A stretch of 64,000 nt of DNA from an uncultured delta proteobacterium (GCA_963708295.1 CAVPSJ010000004.1:768001-832000), one strand, 5' to 3'; shown: positions 20,407-30,382, counted from the stretch's first letter. A program made the numbers and translations. Notes: a model not told the origin generated them from the sequence alone.

Positions 20407-21804
20407 TTATCTCCAAAGGCCCTCCTGGGGGAGGGGCCGCCCTCTCTTTCCGGTGGGCATCAGGAAAATAAGGGGAATCGTCAATAACAGCCCCAAACCG
20501 AAAGAGAGAAAGGTAGCGCTGAAACCACGGGCAGGGGTGGAACTCGAATGGAGGATCATCGTGATGAGTGAAATTCCGAACGCTCCTCCGACAGACCTAA
20601 ACATTCCTCGAAGCCCTGTAATCGTAGCCACCTTTTCGGGCATCAGTTCAATACATGCATTGTTGGAAGCGGGAAGGGCAATTCCAATACCGATTCCAGT
20701 CATCATGATCAGGACCGCTAGGATTTCAGCGACTCCCAAATGAATACCGATCGCTCTCAGCAACCGGAGTCCGTGGCTGTCGAGGAGAAGGGTGGAAATG
20801 GAAACGATGGTCAAACCCAGGAGCATGGGCGGTCGGTAGCCCCATCGCTTAAGAAGAAAGCTGGTGATTGCCGAGGCGGGAATGATTCCGAGAGAGCGGG
20901 GAGTGAGGATCATCCCGCTTGCCAGCGTGGATAACTGATGCACGGTGGTCGCATAGAGTGGGATAAAGGCGAAGGTTCCGAACACTGCGGCACCTACGAT
21001 CATGTTATAGAGGTTTGCTGCCAGAAAAGGCTTTGATCTCAACAAGGCCATGTCGAGAATGGGGTTAGAATCCTTTTTCTCTTGATAAACAAAGAGGGAA
21101 AAGAAAGAAAAACTGACGAATAGGAAAACGACGGTTAAGAGAAGGGACAAAGTGGAGGAGCTCTCGGCAATAAGGTTAAGGCCCAGCATGAGGAAAAGTA
21201 TTGCTCCAAAGAAAAAGGAAGCTCCTACAAAGTCAATGTGGGGCCGAGAAAGAATCTTTGAGTCTTTGAGTAACATCATGATCAGAATTGCCAAGCCGAT
21301 CCCGATCGGTAGATTAATATAAAAAATATACCGCCAGGAATATCGGGTGACGATCCAGCCGCCTAAGTTTGGGCCGACAATACCACCGATGGGAAAGATA
21401 CTTGTAAAAAGGCCAATGGCCCTCTCCCGATGGCCGGGAAACTGATCACTCACGATGCCGGCTGCGGTAGGGAGAAAGCTTGCCCCTCCAACGCCCTGCA
21501 GGAACCGAAATGCCACTAGGCTGTAGATATTGGGCGCAAGGCCGCAGGCGAGGGAACTGGCCGTAAAGAGGAGCAGAGAGATCAGAAAGACCTTCTTGCG
21601 GCCAAAGCCATCGCTCAGGTTGCCCATCAACGGCATCACGCTCGTCACCGCAATCAGGTAAATTGAAATGGTCCATGCCGCCCAGAGGACATTGGTGTTG
21701 AAATCCTTTATAAAATTGGGGAACGCGACAGCCACCACGGTACTGTCGATGGAGTACATCAAAAGGCCCAAACCGGCAGAAGCAAAAATGAAGTAACGAC
21801 GCAT
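20407..21804 (-). CDS. MFS transporter, DHA2 (14-TM, EmrB/QacA-like)
   Basis: IDSTVVAVAFP, GNLSDGFGRKK, FRFLQGVGG, WRYIFYINLPIG. Start is ATG 21804 or 21852. Confidence 0.88.
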   Translation of the reverse strand: MRRYFIFASAGLGLLMYSIDSTVVAVAFPNFIKDFNTNVLWAAWTISIYLIAVTSVMPLMGNLSDGFGRKKVFLISLLLFTASSLACGLAPNIYSLVAFRFLQGVGGASFLPTAAGIVSDQFPGHRERAIGLFTSIFPIGGIVGPNLGGWIVTRYSWRYIFYINLPIGIGLAILIMMLLKDSKILSRPHIDFVGASFFFGAILFLMLGLNLIAESSSTLSLLLTVVFLFVSFSFFSLFVYQEKKDSNPILDMALLRSKPFLAANLYNMIVGAAVFGTFAFIPLYATTVHQLSTLASGMILTPRSLGIIPASAITSFLLKRWGYRPPMLLGLTIVSISTLLLDSHGLRLLRAIGIHLGVAEILAVLIMMTGIGIGIALPASNNACIELMPEKVATITGLRGMFRSVGGAFGISLITMILHSSSTPARGFSATFLSFGLGLLLTIPLIFLMPTGKRGRPLPQEGLWR

Positions 21805-22116
21805 CTTAACAATGATCCGTAAGGTTCGAGGGTACTCAATAACAGGCCACATTATAATGGGAGTTCACGCAATTGTCCAAATGCAGTTCCGAACGAAAAC
21901 GAGGTCAGCCCGTTGACATTTGACGCCCCTGTTTTTCTAACCCAAGGAATCCATTCAATCCAATTTGCCGCGACTAATCCCCAGCTAGGCCTGACACAGA
22001 AGTCCACACCCCCATCAGCTCATTTATTCCCCCCCAGGAAGAATTCATTTTCAGAGAAGGCAGTTTTTCTTGACTTTTCATCAAGAGACTGAATAGAATG
22101 TTTTTTGGAGAAAAGA

Positions 22117-22866
22117 ATGAATGTTCGGAAGCTTGAAGATCTTCTGAGAAAAGTAAGATCGGGAAAGACGACGCTCGATGAGGCCATGGCGGAATTGAAG
22201 TCTCTTCCCTTTGAAGACCTTGGATTTACCAGGATTGATCATCATCGCAGTCTTCGAAAGGGCTTTCCGGAGGTGATCTGGGGACAAGGAAAAACCTCCC
22301 GACAAATTCTCTCCATCATGAAGCTGTTGAAGAGGAAAGGGCAGAACATACTCATCACGCGGTTGGAAGAAAAAAAGGTTAAAGCAATACAAAAGGTTTT
22401 TCCAAAGAGCCGGTACTACCCGAAATCTCGGGTCCTGACCTATCTCACCCACGCCATCCAGTCTGAAGGGAAAGGAACGATTCTGGTCATTACAGCAGGA
22501 ACGACAGACATCCCTGTTGCCGAGGAAGCCGCGGTCACGGCTCAATTCATGGGGAATCGTACGGAGACCCTTTATGATGTGGGTGTCGCGGGGATTCACC
22601 GACTCCTTTCCGAGAGGCAGAAATTAGAAGCCGCGCGCGTCCTGGTCGTGGTCGCTGGAATGGAGGGAGCTTTGCCCAGCGTTATCGGGGGATTGGTGGA
22701 CCGACCTGTCATTGCTGTTCCTACAAGCGTCGGGTACGGGACCAGTTTCGGAGGAATCACCGCACTGCTGGCCATGTTGAATTCATGCGCCTCAGGTGTG
22801 GCCGTCGTCAATATTGATAACGGATTTGGCGCTGGCTATCTGGCCGGCCTGATCAATCGACTATGA
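22117..22866 (+). CDS. larB: Nickel-pincer cofactor biosynthesis protein LarB (AIR carboxylase family)
   Basis: IDHHRSLRKGFPEV, AGTTDIPVAEEA, DVGVAGIHRL, AGMEGALPS, PTSVGYG, VVNIDNGFGA. Confidence 0.92.
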   Translation: MNVRKLEDLLRKVRSGKTTLDEAMAELKSLPFEDLGFTRIDHHRSLRKGFPEVIWGQGKTSRQILSIMKLLKRKGQNILITRLEEKKVKAIQKVFPKSRYYPKSRVLTYLTHAIQSEGKGTILVITAGTTDIPVAEEAAVTAQFMGNRTETLYDVGVAGIHRLLSERQKLEAARVLVVVAGMEGALPSVIGGLVDRPVIAVPTSVGYGTSFGGITALLAMLNSCASGVAVVNIDNGFGAGYLAGLINRL

Positions 22867-22945
22867 ACCCTATTCCCTCCTCCAGTCCTCTCTGCATCGA
22901 GAGGGATGGGGGAGGGATGTCGCAGGAAAAAGAAGGAAGGACGTT

Positions 22946-23578
22946 GTGAATTGGCTTAAGGTCGTCAATGAAGGAATTCCTTTAATTCTTCTTATCGGCA
23001 TAGGCTTTGTCCTCTACCGAGGACTCAGAATTAACCAGAGGATTCTCTCGGAAAGAGAGGAGTTGTTAAAGCGTTATCTTCTCTTTCGAGGAGACAGACA
23101 GGTCCGCTTGAAGATTTACGGAGCGGATGAAAAGGTCTATAGGGACCTCCTCCGGAACATTTCGAGCAGCTGGAAAAACTTCAAGAAGGCCTACGATGAG
23201 TGTCTCCTTTCTTTAGCGAAGAATACCACGAGGACGAAACGCTTCTTACAGCTCATCACCTTGGGCCTTTTGATCAACACGGCGAGGCTTTTTGTAGAAG
23301 ACTGCTACTTTTTTGGTTTGGATGTCCACTTTTTCTATACGATGGCAAGAGAACTGTCCAGCTATGTTCTGGTGGTACTCAGTTTCTTTCTGTTGAGGAG
23401 CCAGACTCAGACTTTCCTGACCCTGAAAGGGGAGGTCGTGAGGATGGATCGGGAGATCCTATTCTTCTCGAACAATATAGACAATCAGGAAGAACATGAG
23501 GGTCTTTTCAATGAATTTGATCCTCTGGAGGAAAAAGGAACGGATGATGGGAAAGAAGATCAGAATCCTCGTGAGTGA
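22946..23578 (+). CDS. Hypothetical membrane protein
   Basis: 210-aa ORF with three hydrophobic segments, SD AAGGA before GTG, same orientation as neighbours. Confidence 0.7.
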   Translation: MNWLKVVNEGIPLILLIGIGFVLYRGLRINQRILSEREELLKRYLLFRGDRQVRLKIYGADEKVYRDLLRNISSSWKNFKKAYDECLLSLAKNTTRTKRFLQLITLGLLINTARLFVEDCYFFGLDVHFFYTMARELSSYVLVVLSFFLLRSQTQTFLTLKGEVVRMDREILFFSNNIDNQEEHEGLFNEFDPLEEKGTDDGKEDQNPRE

Positions 23579-23921
23579 GCTAAAGGTCGAAGCCGAGCTG
23601 AATGCATCGAAAACAGCCCAACTGATCTGGGAATCTCTTCCGATCGAAGGAAAAGCTAATCTCTGGGGCGAGGAGATCTACTTCCCCATTCCGGTAAAGA
23701 CCGGACTGGAGACGGGGTCAAGGGAGGTCGTCTCGGCAGGAGAATTGGGATATTGGCCGACCGGGCATGCCTTCTGCATCTTTTTCGGACCCACTCCCGC
23801 AAGCCGGGGAGACGAGATTCGAGCAGCCAGTCCAGTCAATATCCTTGGAAAGGTCTTATCCGACCCCAACGTTTTCCTCAAGGTGAAAGAGGGAGCTAAA
23901 ATCACGTTGGAAAAAGTCTAG
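23544..23921 (+). CDS. Cyclophilin-like fold protein (TM1367/DUF369-like)
   Basis: LPIEGKANLWGEEIYF and GELGYWPTGHAFCIFFGPTP motifs. Confidence 0.85.
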   Translation: MMGKKIRILVSELKVEAELNASKTAQLIWESLPIEGKANLWGEEIYFPIPVKTGLETGSREVVSAGELGYWPTGHAFCIFFGPTPASRGDEIRAASPVNILGKVLSDPNVFLKVKEGAKITLEKV

Positions 23922-24054
23922 GGTTCGGAACAAAATTCCAAATCCCGAATTCCAGTTTCCAAATAAGCTCCAAGTTCCAATTTCAAATGATCGAAACGTT
24001 TTTGTTTAAATTGAGTAGGGTGGAGTTTGCACTTCGGGAAGAAAATGAGCCAGA

Positions 24055-24537
24055 TTATTTTAAGGAAGATTTGGATCTATAACGTTCCAATTTTGCTCCA
24101 TTGATCAACACCTCGCGTAGACTCCTCTGCACCGCTTCATCATCGATTTCCCGGAGAAGATTTTCAATTCGGTCCAAAGTCCCCTGGTCAAGGGGCTCGT
24201 CTTCCCTCAAAAGGGTTTTGGGAGGGGCCGGGAGGGTTGGGGAAACCTTCCCCAATTTGAATCGGATGTCTTGGATCAGAGGTTCCTGCAAGAAGGCGTT
24301 CACCTGGTCCAGAAGAGTAGGTTTGAGAAACTGGAGTTGCTGCATCCAGGTGGAATGGCTGACATCGACGAAGAGGATCCGATTTCGAATGGAACGGGGT
24401 TGGGAATGTTCTGCCACGGACTCCCCTACAATTTCATTCCACACTCCCAGGATGGAATGGGTCTTCAACGGAACATCAATCTCCAGGGTCTTCAAGGTTT
24501 TCTCAAGAATGGATTGGATGGATTGGGGCTTCTTCAT
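24055..24537 (-). CDS. DUF721/DciA-family protein
   Basis: WNEIVGESVAEHSQP...LFVDVSHSTWMQQLQF...IRF pattern. Confidence 0.85.
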   Translation of the reverse strand: MKKPQSIQSILEKTLKTLEIDVPLKTHSILGVWNEIVGESVAEHSQPRSIRNRILFVDVSHSTWMQQLQFLKPTLLDQVNAFLQEPLIQDIRFKLGKVSPTLPAPPKTLLREDEPLDQGTLDRIENLLREIDDEAVQRSLREVLINGAKLERYRSKSSLK

Positions 24538-24551
24538 AGGTTATTAAGAAG

Positions 24552-24690
24552 AAAACCCGAAATCCGAATATTGAAATCCGAAACAAATTCAAAATTCCAA
24601 TTTCAAAATTCTAGACTTTATGTTTGGGAAATTGACATTTCGAACATTCGGGCTTGTTTCGAATTTCGGATTTCGTGCTTCGAATTTAGA
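24552..24690. repeat. Intergenic inverted repeat built from about 7-nt AAAT(n)C units
   Basis: GAAATCCGAATATTGAAATCCGAAACAA faces TTGTTTCGAATTTCGGATTTCGTGCTTCGAATTT. Related tracts lie at about 23932-24010, 46066-46112 and 48190-48295. Confidence 0.65.
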
Positions 24691-24701
24691 ACTTCCACTT
24701 A

Positions 24702-26270
24702 TTATTCAAATGAGATCTTTGCGGGATCAATCCGTGGAAAGAGAGGACTGGGTTTGGCCACCTTCCTTCCTGGCTTCAGGCCCCCCCACTTTCCGTTCTC
24801 CTTTATCTTCTGCTCCCAAATATTTTCCTCCACGCCGAGTTGGGCCCATATCTTCTCAGAGGTGGACGGTATGAAGGCAGCGAGCAGCAGGGCACTGAGT
24901 CGAATAGATTCCAGCGCGTAATAAAGCACCGTTCCAAGCCGTGACCGATCTTTTTCAGACTTGGCCAAGGCCCACGGGGCTGTTTCATCGATATATTTAT
25001 TGCCGGCGTTTACAATCTCCCAGATCGTGACGAGGGCTTTATTGAAGGCCAGATCATCCATCTGCTGCGAGATTTGGGGGAAAACTTTTTCAGAGACTTC
25101 TTGAAGTCCCCGATCTACATCCTGTGGGTCGGAAGGGCTTGGAATGAGACCGTTAAAATACTTGACGACCATGGCGAGCGCTCGGCTGAAGAGGTTACCC
25201 AGGTCATTTGCTAAATCGCTATTAATCCGATGAATCACAGCCGCATGGGAGAAATCGCCATCCATTCCGAACGAGACTTCTCGCATGAGAAAATACCTGA
25301 CCGCATCCACCCCGTAAGTATCAATCAGCCGATTCGGCTCCACCACATTCTGAAGGGATTTGGACATCTTTTTCCCTTCGATCGTCCACCAGCCATGGGC
25401 GAATACCATTTTAGGAGGCGGCAAGCCAATGGCCTTCAGCATGGTGGGCCAGTAGACGGCGTGGGTGGTGAGGATGTCCTTGCCGATCAGATGAGTTGCC
25501 TCCGGCCAAAATCGGGAGAAGAGATCTTCCCGAGAGCCGTAAGCAATCCCACTGATATAATTGATCAGGGCGTCAAACCAGACATAAGTCACGTATTCGG
25601 CATCAAATGGAATCTCAATTCCCCATTTCAACCGCTTCTTCGGTCTCGAAATACAGAGGTCTTCCAGGGGACTTTGGAGAAACCCCAAGATCTCATTCCT
25701 TCGCGAAACGGGAAAGATAAACCGCTCACTCTTTTCGATGGTTTCCACCAGCCAGGATTGATACTGGCTCATCCGAAAAAAATAATTCTTCTCTGAGATC
25801 TCAATCACCGGACGAAGACAATCCGGACATTTCCCTTCGATCAGATCCTTTTCGGTCCAGAACCGTTCGCAGGGGACACAGTACCATCCGTTATAATTGT
25901 CCTGGTAGATTTCTCCACGATCGTAAAGATCCTGAAGAATCTTCTGAACGACTTCTTTGTGGCGCGTTTCTGTCGTCCGGATGAAATCATTGTTGGAAAT
26001 GTTTAGTCTTTTCCAGAGGGACTGGAATCGCACCACCATTTCATCGCAGTGAGCCTTCGGATCAACCCCGCGCTCCTGAGCGGCTTTTTCCACCTTCTGC
26101 CCATGTTCGTCCGTGCCCGTGAGAAAAAAAACCTGATACCCCTCCAAGCGTTTATAACGGGCCAGGATGTCAGCCGCCACCGTCGTATAGGCATGGCCGA
26201 TATGGGGGATATCGTTCACATAATAGATGGGGGTGGTGATGTAGAATGACTTCTCAGAGTTGAGAGGCAT
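24702..26270 (-). CDS. metG: Methionyl-tRNA synthetase (short form without C-terminal tRNA-binding domain)
   Basis: YITTPIYYVN..PHIGH, LTGTDEHGQK, CVPC/CPDC knuckle, YVWFDAL, KMSKS, LFPRI. Confidence 0.97.
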   Translation of the reverse strand: MPLNSEKSFYITTPIYYVNDIPHIGHAYTTVAADILARYKRLEGYQVFFLTGTDEHGQKVEKAAQERGVDPKAHCDEMVVRFQSLWKRLNISNNDFIRTTETRHKEVVQKILQDLYDRGEIYQDNYNGWYCVPCERFWTEKDLIEGKCPDCLRPVIEISEKNYFFRMSQYQSWLVETIEKSERFIFPVSRRNEILGFLQSPLEDLCISRPKKRLKWGIEIPFDAEYVTYVWFDALINYISGIAYGSREDLFSRFWPEATHLIGKDILTTHAVYWPTMLKAIGLPPPKMVFAHGWWTIEGKKMSKSLQNVVEPNRLIDTYGVDAVRYFLMREVSFGMDGDFSHAAVIHRINSDLANDLGNLFSRALAMVVKYFNGLIPSPSDPQDVDRGLQEVSEKVFPQISQQMDDLAFNKALVTIWEIVNAGNKYIDETAPWALAKSEKDRSRLGTVLYYALESIRLSALLLAAFIPSTSEKIWAQLGVEENIWEQKIKENGKWGGLKPGRKVAKPSPLFPRIDPAKISFE

Positions 26271-27039
26271 GGATGGTAATCTCTCCCCCTTCCTCCAGTT
26301 CAACGGTCACGGTTTGGCTGAGGACATTTTGACGAATGACCTTTCCCTTGCCGGAGCGAGTCATGATATACTTACCCACTTTGGGGAGATCCTTTTTTAG
26401 ATCGACATAAGTTGGAAATTCATAGGCCAGGCAGCACATCAGACGGCCGCAGACTCCGGAGATCTTCGTCGGGTTGAGGGCCAGGTTCTGTTCCTTGGCC
26501 ATTTTGACAGAGACCAGTTCGAATCGGTTCATGAATTTGGCGCAACAGAGCTCCCTCCCGCAAGTTCCGAGGCCGCACACCATTTTGGCCTCGTCCCTGA
26601 CTCCAATCTGCCGCATCTCGATCCGCATCCTGAATTCCGAGGCCAAATCCTTGACCAGCTCCCGAAAATCAATGCGCTTTTCAGAGGTGAAATAGAAGAG
26701 CGCCTTCGAGCGGTCTAAGAGGATCTCTGTCTTGACCAGCTTCATCATCAGATTCTTCTCCTTAATTTTCTGGAGACAGAATTGAAAAGCCTCTTTCTCC
26801 AACTGCTGGTTTCCCTTGTATTGTTCCAGGTCTTCAGCCGTGGCTTTCCGGGTCACCTTTCTTGGAGATTTCAGGAAGAAACGCTTTTCTTTCTCATGCG
26901 GTGCAGAGAGAATCTTTCCCAGGACCAACCCCTTTTCAGTCTCTACGATCACGTCTTCCCCTGCTTCGAGGGAAAGTTGGGTTGCATCGAACTCTTCTGT
27001 TTTCCCGTTAGGTAATTTGACAAAAACCAAGCGAATCAT
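26254..27039 (-). CDS. PSP1/RicT (YaaT) family protein
   Basis: RIDFRELVKDLA, RIEMRQIGVRDEAK, CGRELCC, KISGVCGRLMCCL. Confidence 0.93.
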   Translation of the reverse strand: MIRLVFVKLPNGKTEEFDATQLSLEAGEDVIVETEKGLVLGKILSAPHEKEKRFFLKSPRKVTRKATAEDLEQYKGNQQLEKEAFQFCLQKIKEKNLMMKLVKTEILLDRSKALFYFTSEKRIDFRELVKDLASEFRMRIEMRQIGVRDEAKMVCGLGTCGRELCCAKFMNRFELVSVKMAKEQNLALNPTKISGVCGRLMCCLAYEFPTYVDLKKDLPKVGKYIMTRSGKGKVIRQNVLSQTVTVELEEGGEITIHASQL

Positions 27040-27044
27040 CTTTT

Positions 27045-28028
27045 CTATCCTTCAGCCCATGAGAGCATCATGGCTTCAAGGGCTAAGCCCGTATTGGCAT
27101 TGGCTTTGATGGCCAGCGTGGTCTGATGAAGAGTTTCCATCCGTTTCAAAAGAGACGGAAGACTCCAGGTCATCGCCATGGACTCCATCACCTGCAGGAG
27201 GTCCGAATGGATCAGGTTGGCCCCTTTTTTCAAAGTTTTCACCATCACTAAATCTCTCAACAAAGTCTTCGTCACTTCGAGGATCAATACGAGATTGTCT
27301 CGTTGAGAGGGCAAGGACTCCACCCAATTGCCGATCCTTTCAAAGGAAAGAGATTTCATTCCCGCCCAGTCCTTCAAGAGGGCTTCTCTGGGAATCTGGC
27401 GGATCTCTTCCTGGATCTCCAAGGCCTTTCCGGGACTCCCTTCCGAAAGAGTAGCCAGAAGATGGGCTTCCGCCTGATCGAAGCCTTTACCCTCCATCAA
27501 CCATTTTGAAACCAGGGGGATGGCCAGAGGATTGAATCGCACCGGCTGGCATCGTGAAAGGATCGTGGGGAGTATGAACCTGGAGTTATTGGCCAGGAGA
27601 ATGATCACCGTATGGAGGGGAGGTTCCTCGAGTGTTTTAAGGAGAGTATTCGGAATATGAGGAGCCATCCGGTCTGCAGCCGTGAGGATACAGACACGAC
27701 GCTTCCCCTCGTAGGGCCTGTAAGCCAGTTCCTTCTGCAACTGCCTGACCTGATCGACCTTGATGTTTTGTCCTTCCCGTTCAATGACCAGGACGTCGGG
27801 ATGAAGACCGTGGTCAATCTTCTTGCACGAAATGCAATGATCACAGGCATCTCCTCCCTCCCCTTCTCCGAGACAGTTCAGTGCCTTGGCAAATTGGAGA
27901 GCCACGTACTTCTTCCCGATCCCTTCACTTCCCAAAAAAAGATAGCTGTTAACGACCTTCTCGTTTGTGATCGCACGCCGCAGTAATGTAATGGCCCTGG
28001 AATGTCCTAAAACGTCCTTGAATGCCAT
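27045..28028 (-). CDS. holB: DNA polymerase III delta' subunit
   Basis: YLFLG..GIGK, CDHCISC zinc module, HPD, LLKTLEEPP, LPTILSRC. Confidence 0.95.
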   Translation of the reverse strand: MAFKDVLGHSRAITLLRRAITNEKVVNSYLFLGSEGIGKKYVALQFAKALNCLGEGEGGDACDHCISCKKIDHGLHPDVLVIEREGQNIKVDQVRQLQKELAYRPYEGKRRVCILTAADRMAPHIPNTLLKTLEEPPLHTVIILLANNSRFILPTILSRCQPVRFNPLAIPLVSKWLMEGKGFDQAEAHLLATLSEGSPGKALEIQEEIRQIPREALLKDWAGMKSLSFERIGNWVESLPSQRDNLVLILEVTKTLLRDLVMVKTLKKGANLIHSDLLQVMESMAMTWSLPSLLKRMETLHQTTLAIKANANTGLALEAMMLSWAEG

Positions 28029-28042
28029 GGTTTTCCGCTATT

Positions 28043-28191
28043 TAGTATCTGTCCATAATCCGTCATGCCGGACTTGATCCCGCATCCAGAGACCCTCGAA
28101 AATACTGGATTCCGGCTGGAGTTTACCCCGATGAAAATCGGGGCCGCAATGACACTTCTCTATTGAAACTTTAGTTTATGGACAGACGCTA
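28043..28191. mobile_element. MITE with 16-bp TIR enclosing a REP-like palindrome
   Basis: TAGTATCTGTCCATAA pairs with TTATGGACAGACGCTA (14/16). Interior is GTCATGCCGGACTTGATCCCGCATCCAG...CTGGATTCCGGC...GCAATGAC. Confidence 0.65.
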
Positions 28192-28843
28192 TTGAGTTCC
28201 TATTCTTTCCACTCATCAAATTATCAACGATTTTTTGAATCTTTTCAAAGACTTTTTCTTCCCCTTGCCGGGTATCAATCACCTTCACCCGGCGGGGTTC
28301 TTTCCTGGCTATGGCAAGATATCCTTTCCTGACCCGGCGGTGAAATTGAATCTCTTCCCTTTCAAAACGTTCTTCTCTTTCTCGTTTCAGCGCCCGATTC
28401 CTTTGAATCGCCCTTTTCAATCCTACATCGGAAGGACAATCCAGAAGGAAGGTGACATCGGGCCGGATGCCGTGCGAGGAGAGATGATTGAGGCGTTCAA
28501 TCCATTTCAAATCGATCCTTCGCCCATAGCCCTGATAGGCAAGGGTGGCATCACTGAAACGGTCACAAAGGACGACCCCTTCCTTTTCTACAAAGGGCTT
28601 GATGATTTCTATCACATGTTGTGCCCTGGCTGCTTCGTAGAGGAGAAGCTCCGTCATCGGGACCATCTCGCGATGGTCCGGGTTGAGAAGGATTTTCCTT
28701 ATCTTTTCGCCAATCGGGCACCCTCCTGGTTCTCGGGTTACTTTACAGTGGATGCCTTTATGGGTGAGATATTTTTTCAGGCGTTGAATCTGAGTGGTCT
28801 TACCGCTCCCCTCGACCCCTTCGAAAGTAATAAAGAGAAACAA
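28160..28843 (-). CDS. tmk: Thymidylate kinase
   Basis: FITFEGVEGSGKTTQ, TREPGG, CDRFSDATLAYQG. Confidence 0.96.
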   Translation of the reverse strand: MFLFITFEGVEGSGKTTQIQRLKKYLTHKGIHCKVTREPGGCPIGEKIRKILLNPDHREMVPMTELLLYEAARAQHVIEIIKPFVEKEGVVLCDRFSDATLAYQGYGRRIDLKWIERLNHLSSHGIRPDVTFLLDCPSDVGLKRAIQRNRALKREREERFEREEIQFHRRVRKGYLAIARKEPRRVKVIDTRQGEEKVFEKIQKIVDNLMSGKNRNSIASVHKLKFQ

Positions 28844-29024
28844 TTCTGTGACCTCCAGATGAATAAATCATCGTAAAGAAAACATTCTTAAATCTAATCT
28901 ATTCCCGGAAAAAAACCGATGACTCTCTTTCGAAATACTAACTCATTTCTTTCTATTTTTCCTTGTGCTTCACGGACGCAGAGGCATCTTCAGATTCCAC
29001 AGAGGATCGCCCCGTCCAACATAT

Positions 29025-30080
29025 TCAGATCAAATAGCTCCACCCGTATGGATCTGGTTTTTCTCCATACTGGATTCCCGTAATCTCATCATAGAGCTTC
29101 TGAGAAAGAGGCCCGATCTTTCCCTTATTGATGATGACTCGCTTCTTGTTATGATGAATCTCACCCACAGGAGAGATGACGGCCGCCGTCCCACTCCCGA
29201 ATGCCTCCTTTAGTTTCCTCTCCTTTGAAGTTTTGAAGATTTCGTCAATAGAGATCATCCGTTCAAGCACTTTAATATTCCAATCTTTTGCCAGGTGGAT
29301 CACCGAATCCCGTGTGACTCCGGGGAGAATCGTGCCTCCCAAAGGAGGGGTGATTAATTTATCGCCGACATAAAAGAAGAGATTCATTGTTCCTACCTCT
29401 TCAACATATTTTCTCTTTATTCCATCCAGCCATAGAACCTGGGTGAAGCCCTTCTTTTTGGCTTCCTCAGCCGGCAAAAGGGTCGCCGCGTAATTGGCGG
29501 GGGTTTTTGCAGCCCCGAGCCCCCCTTTTGCTGCACGGATATATTCTCCCGGCGTGATCAGTTTCACGGGATTGATCCCTTCTTTGTAATAGGCCCCTAC
29601 GGGAGAGGTGATGATCATAAAACGATAAGTCTCAGAGACTTTCACACCGAGAAAATTCTCAGTCGCAAAGACGAATGGGCGAATATAGAGGGAGTACCCC
29701 CTTTTTCTCGGGACCCATTCCTGATCGAGTCTCACCAGCTCTTTCAATCCGTCCATGAAGATGTCAAAACCGATCTCGGGGATACAGAGCCTCCGGCAAG
29801 ACCGGTTCATCCGTTCATGGTATTTTTGAGGTCGGAAAATATTAATTGCCCCCATTCGGGTATAAAATGCTTTGAGACCCTCAAAGATCATCTGCCCGTA
29901 ATGGAATGAGCACATCGCGGGGAAGACCTCAATCGTCCCATAGGGAAGGATTTGGGGTGGACCCCATTCCCCATCTCTATAGTCCATGATCAACATGTGA
30001 TCTGAAAAGACCTCCCCAAAACCCAAATTTTCGAAATCGATTTGTTCTCTTCTGCTGTGGTCTGTTTTCGTGATTTCCAT
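29025..30080 (-). CDS. ilvE: Branched-chain amino acid aminotransferase
   Basis: FSDHM, HYGQMIFEGLKA, LYIRP, KTPANY, EEVGTMN, ILPGVTR, GSGTAA; SD AAGGAG before ATG 30080. Confidence 0.95.
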   Translation of the reverse strand: MEITKTDHSRREQIDFENLGFGEVFSDHMLIMDYRDGEWGPPQILPYGTIEVFPAMCSFHYGQMIFEGLKAFYTRMGAINIFRPQKYHERMNRSCRRLCIPEIGFDIFMDGLKELVRLDQEWVPRKRGYSLYIRPFVFATENFLGVKVSETYRFMIITSPVGAYYKEGINPVKLITPGEYIRAAKGGLGAAKTPANYAATLLPAEEAKKKGFTQVLWLDGIKRKYVEEVGTMNLFFYVGDKLITPPLGGTILPGVTRDSVIHLAKDWNIKVLERMISIDEIFKTSKERKLKEAFGSGTAAVISPVGEIHHNKKRVIINKGKIGPLSQKLYDEITGIQYGEKPDPYGWSYLI

Positions 30081-30113
30081 TTGTGAGCACTCCTTCTGAC
30101 AGCAACGGTCGGT

Positions 30114-30243
30114 TTGACCGGCAAGTGCCCCGAAAGCCCGCCTTGTAAGCAGGGTCCAGGGGCACAATCAAAAAAGTTTTTCCTTACCGGGAAGCCCCGG
30201 CGTGCCTGTCCCGTCCTGACGGGGTGGCCGGGAGCTTTAATAA
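30114..30243 (-). mobile_element. Non-autonomous IS200/IS605-like miniature element (two subterminal hairpins)
   Basis: Minus strand: AAGCTCCCGGC...GCCGGGGCTT hairpin, then GTGCCCC...GGGGCAC hairpin, ending in GGTCAA. No transposase. Confidence 0.6.
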
Positions 30244-30353
30244 GGGCAGATTCCTAGCAGAACCTTTTAATGGCGACTATTATACCCTTATGATGAATGA
30301 AAATGAAATCTAAAATCAAGAGGGGACGGGATGAGGGCTTTTAACTTGCCTAA

Positions 30354-30382
30354 TTGACAACATTCATATACAACCATAGTAT
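30354..30382 (+). promoter_or_regulatory. Sigma70-type promoter of the selenoprotein gene
   Basis: TTGACA-17 nt-TAGTAT. Confidence 0.65.

Noticed and set aside
21985-22023. Minus-strand ATG-AGC-TGA-TGG-GGG-TGT (M-S-U-W-G-C), resembling a second U-x-x-C selenopeptide
   Set aside because: Frame closes at TAG after 12 codons, with no convincing SECIS or recognisable family.
24552-24690. CRISPR-like repeat array
   Set aside because: Units are about 7 nt, degenerate and without unique spacers. No cas genes in the window.
30085-30260. Riboswitch or T-box upstream of ilvE
   Set aside because: No T-box or SAM consensus seen. Better explained as an IS200/IS605-like miniature element.
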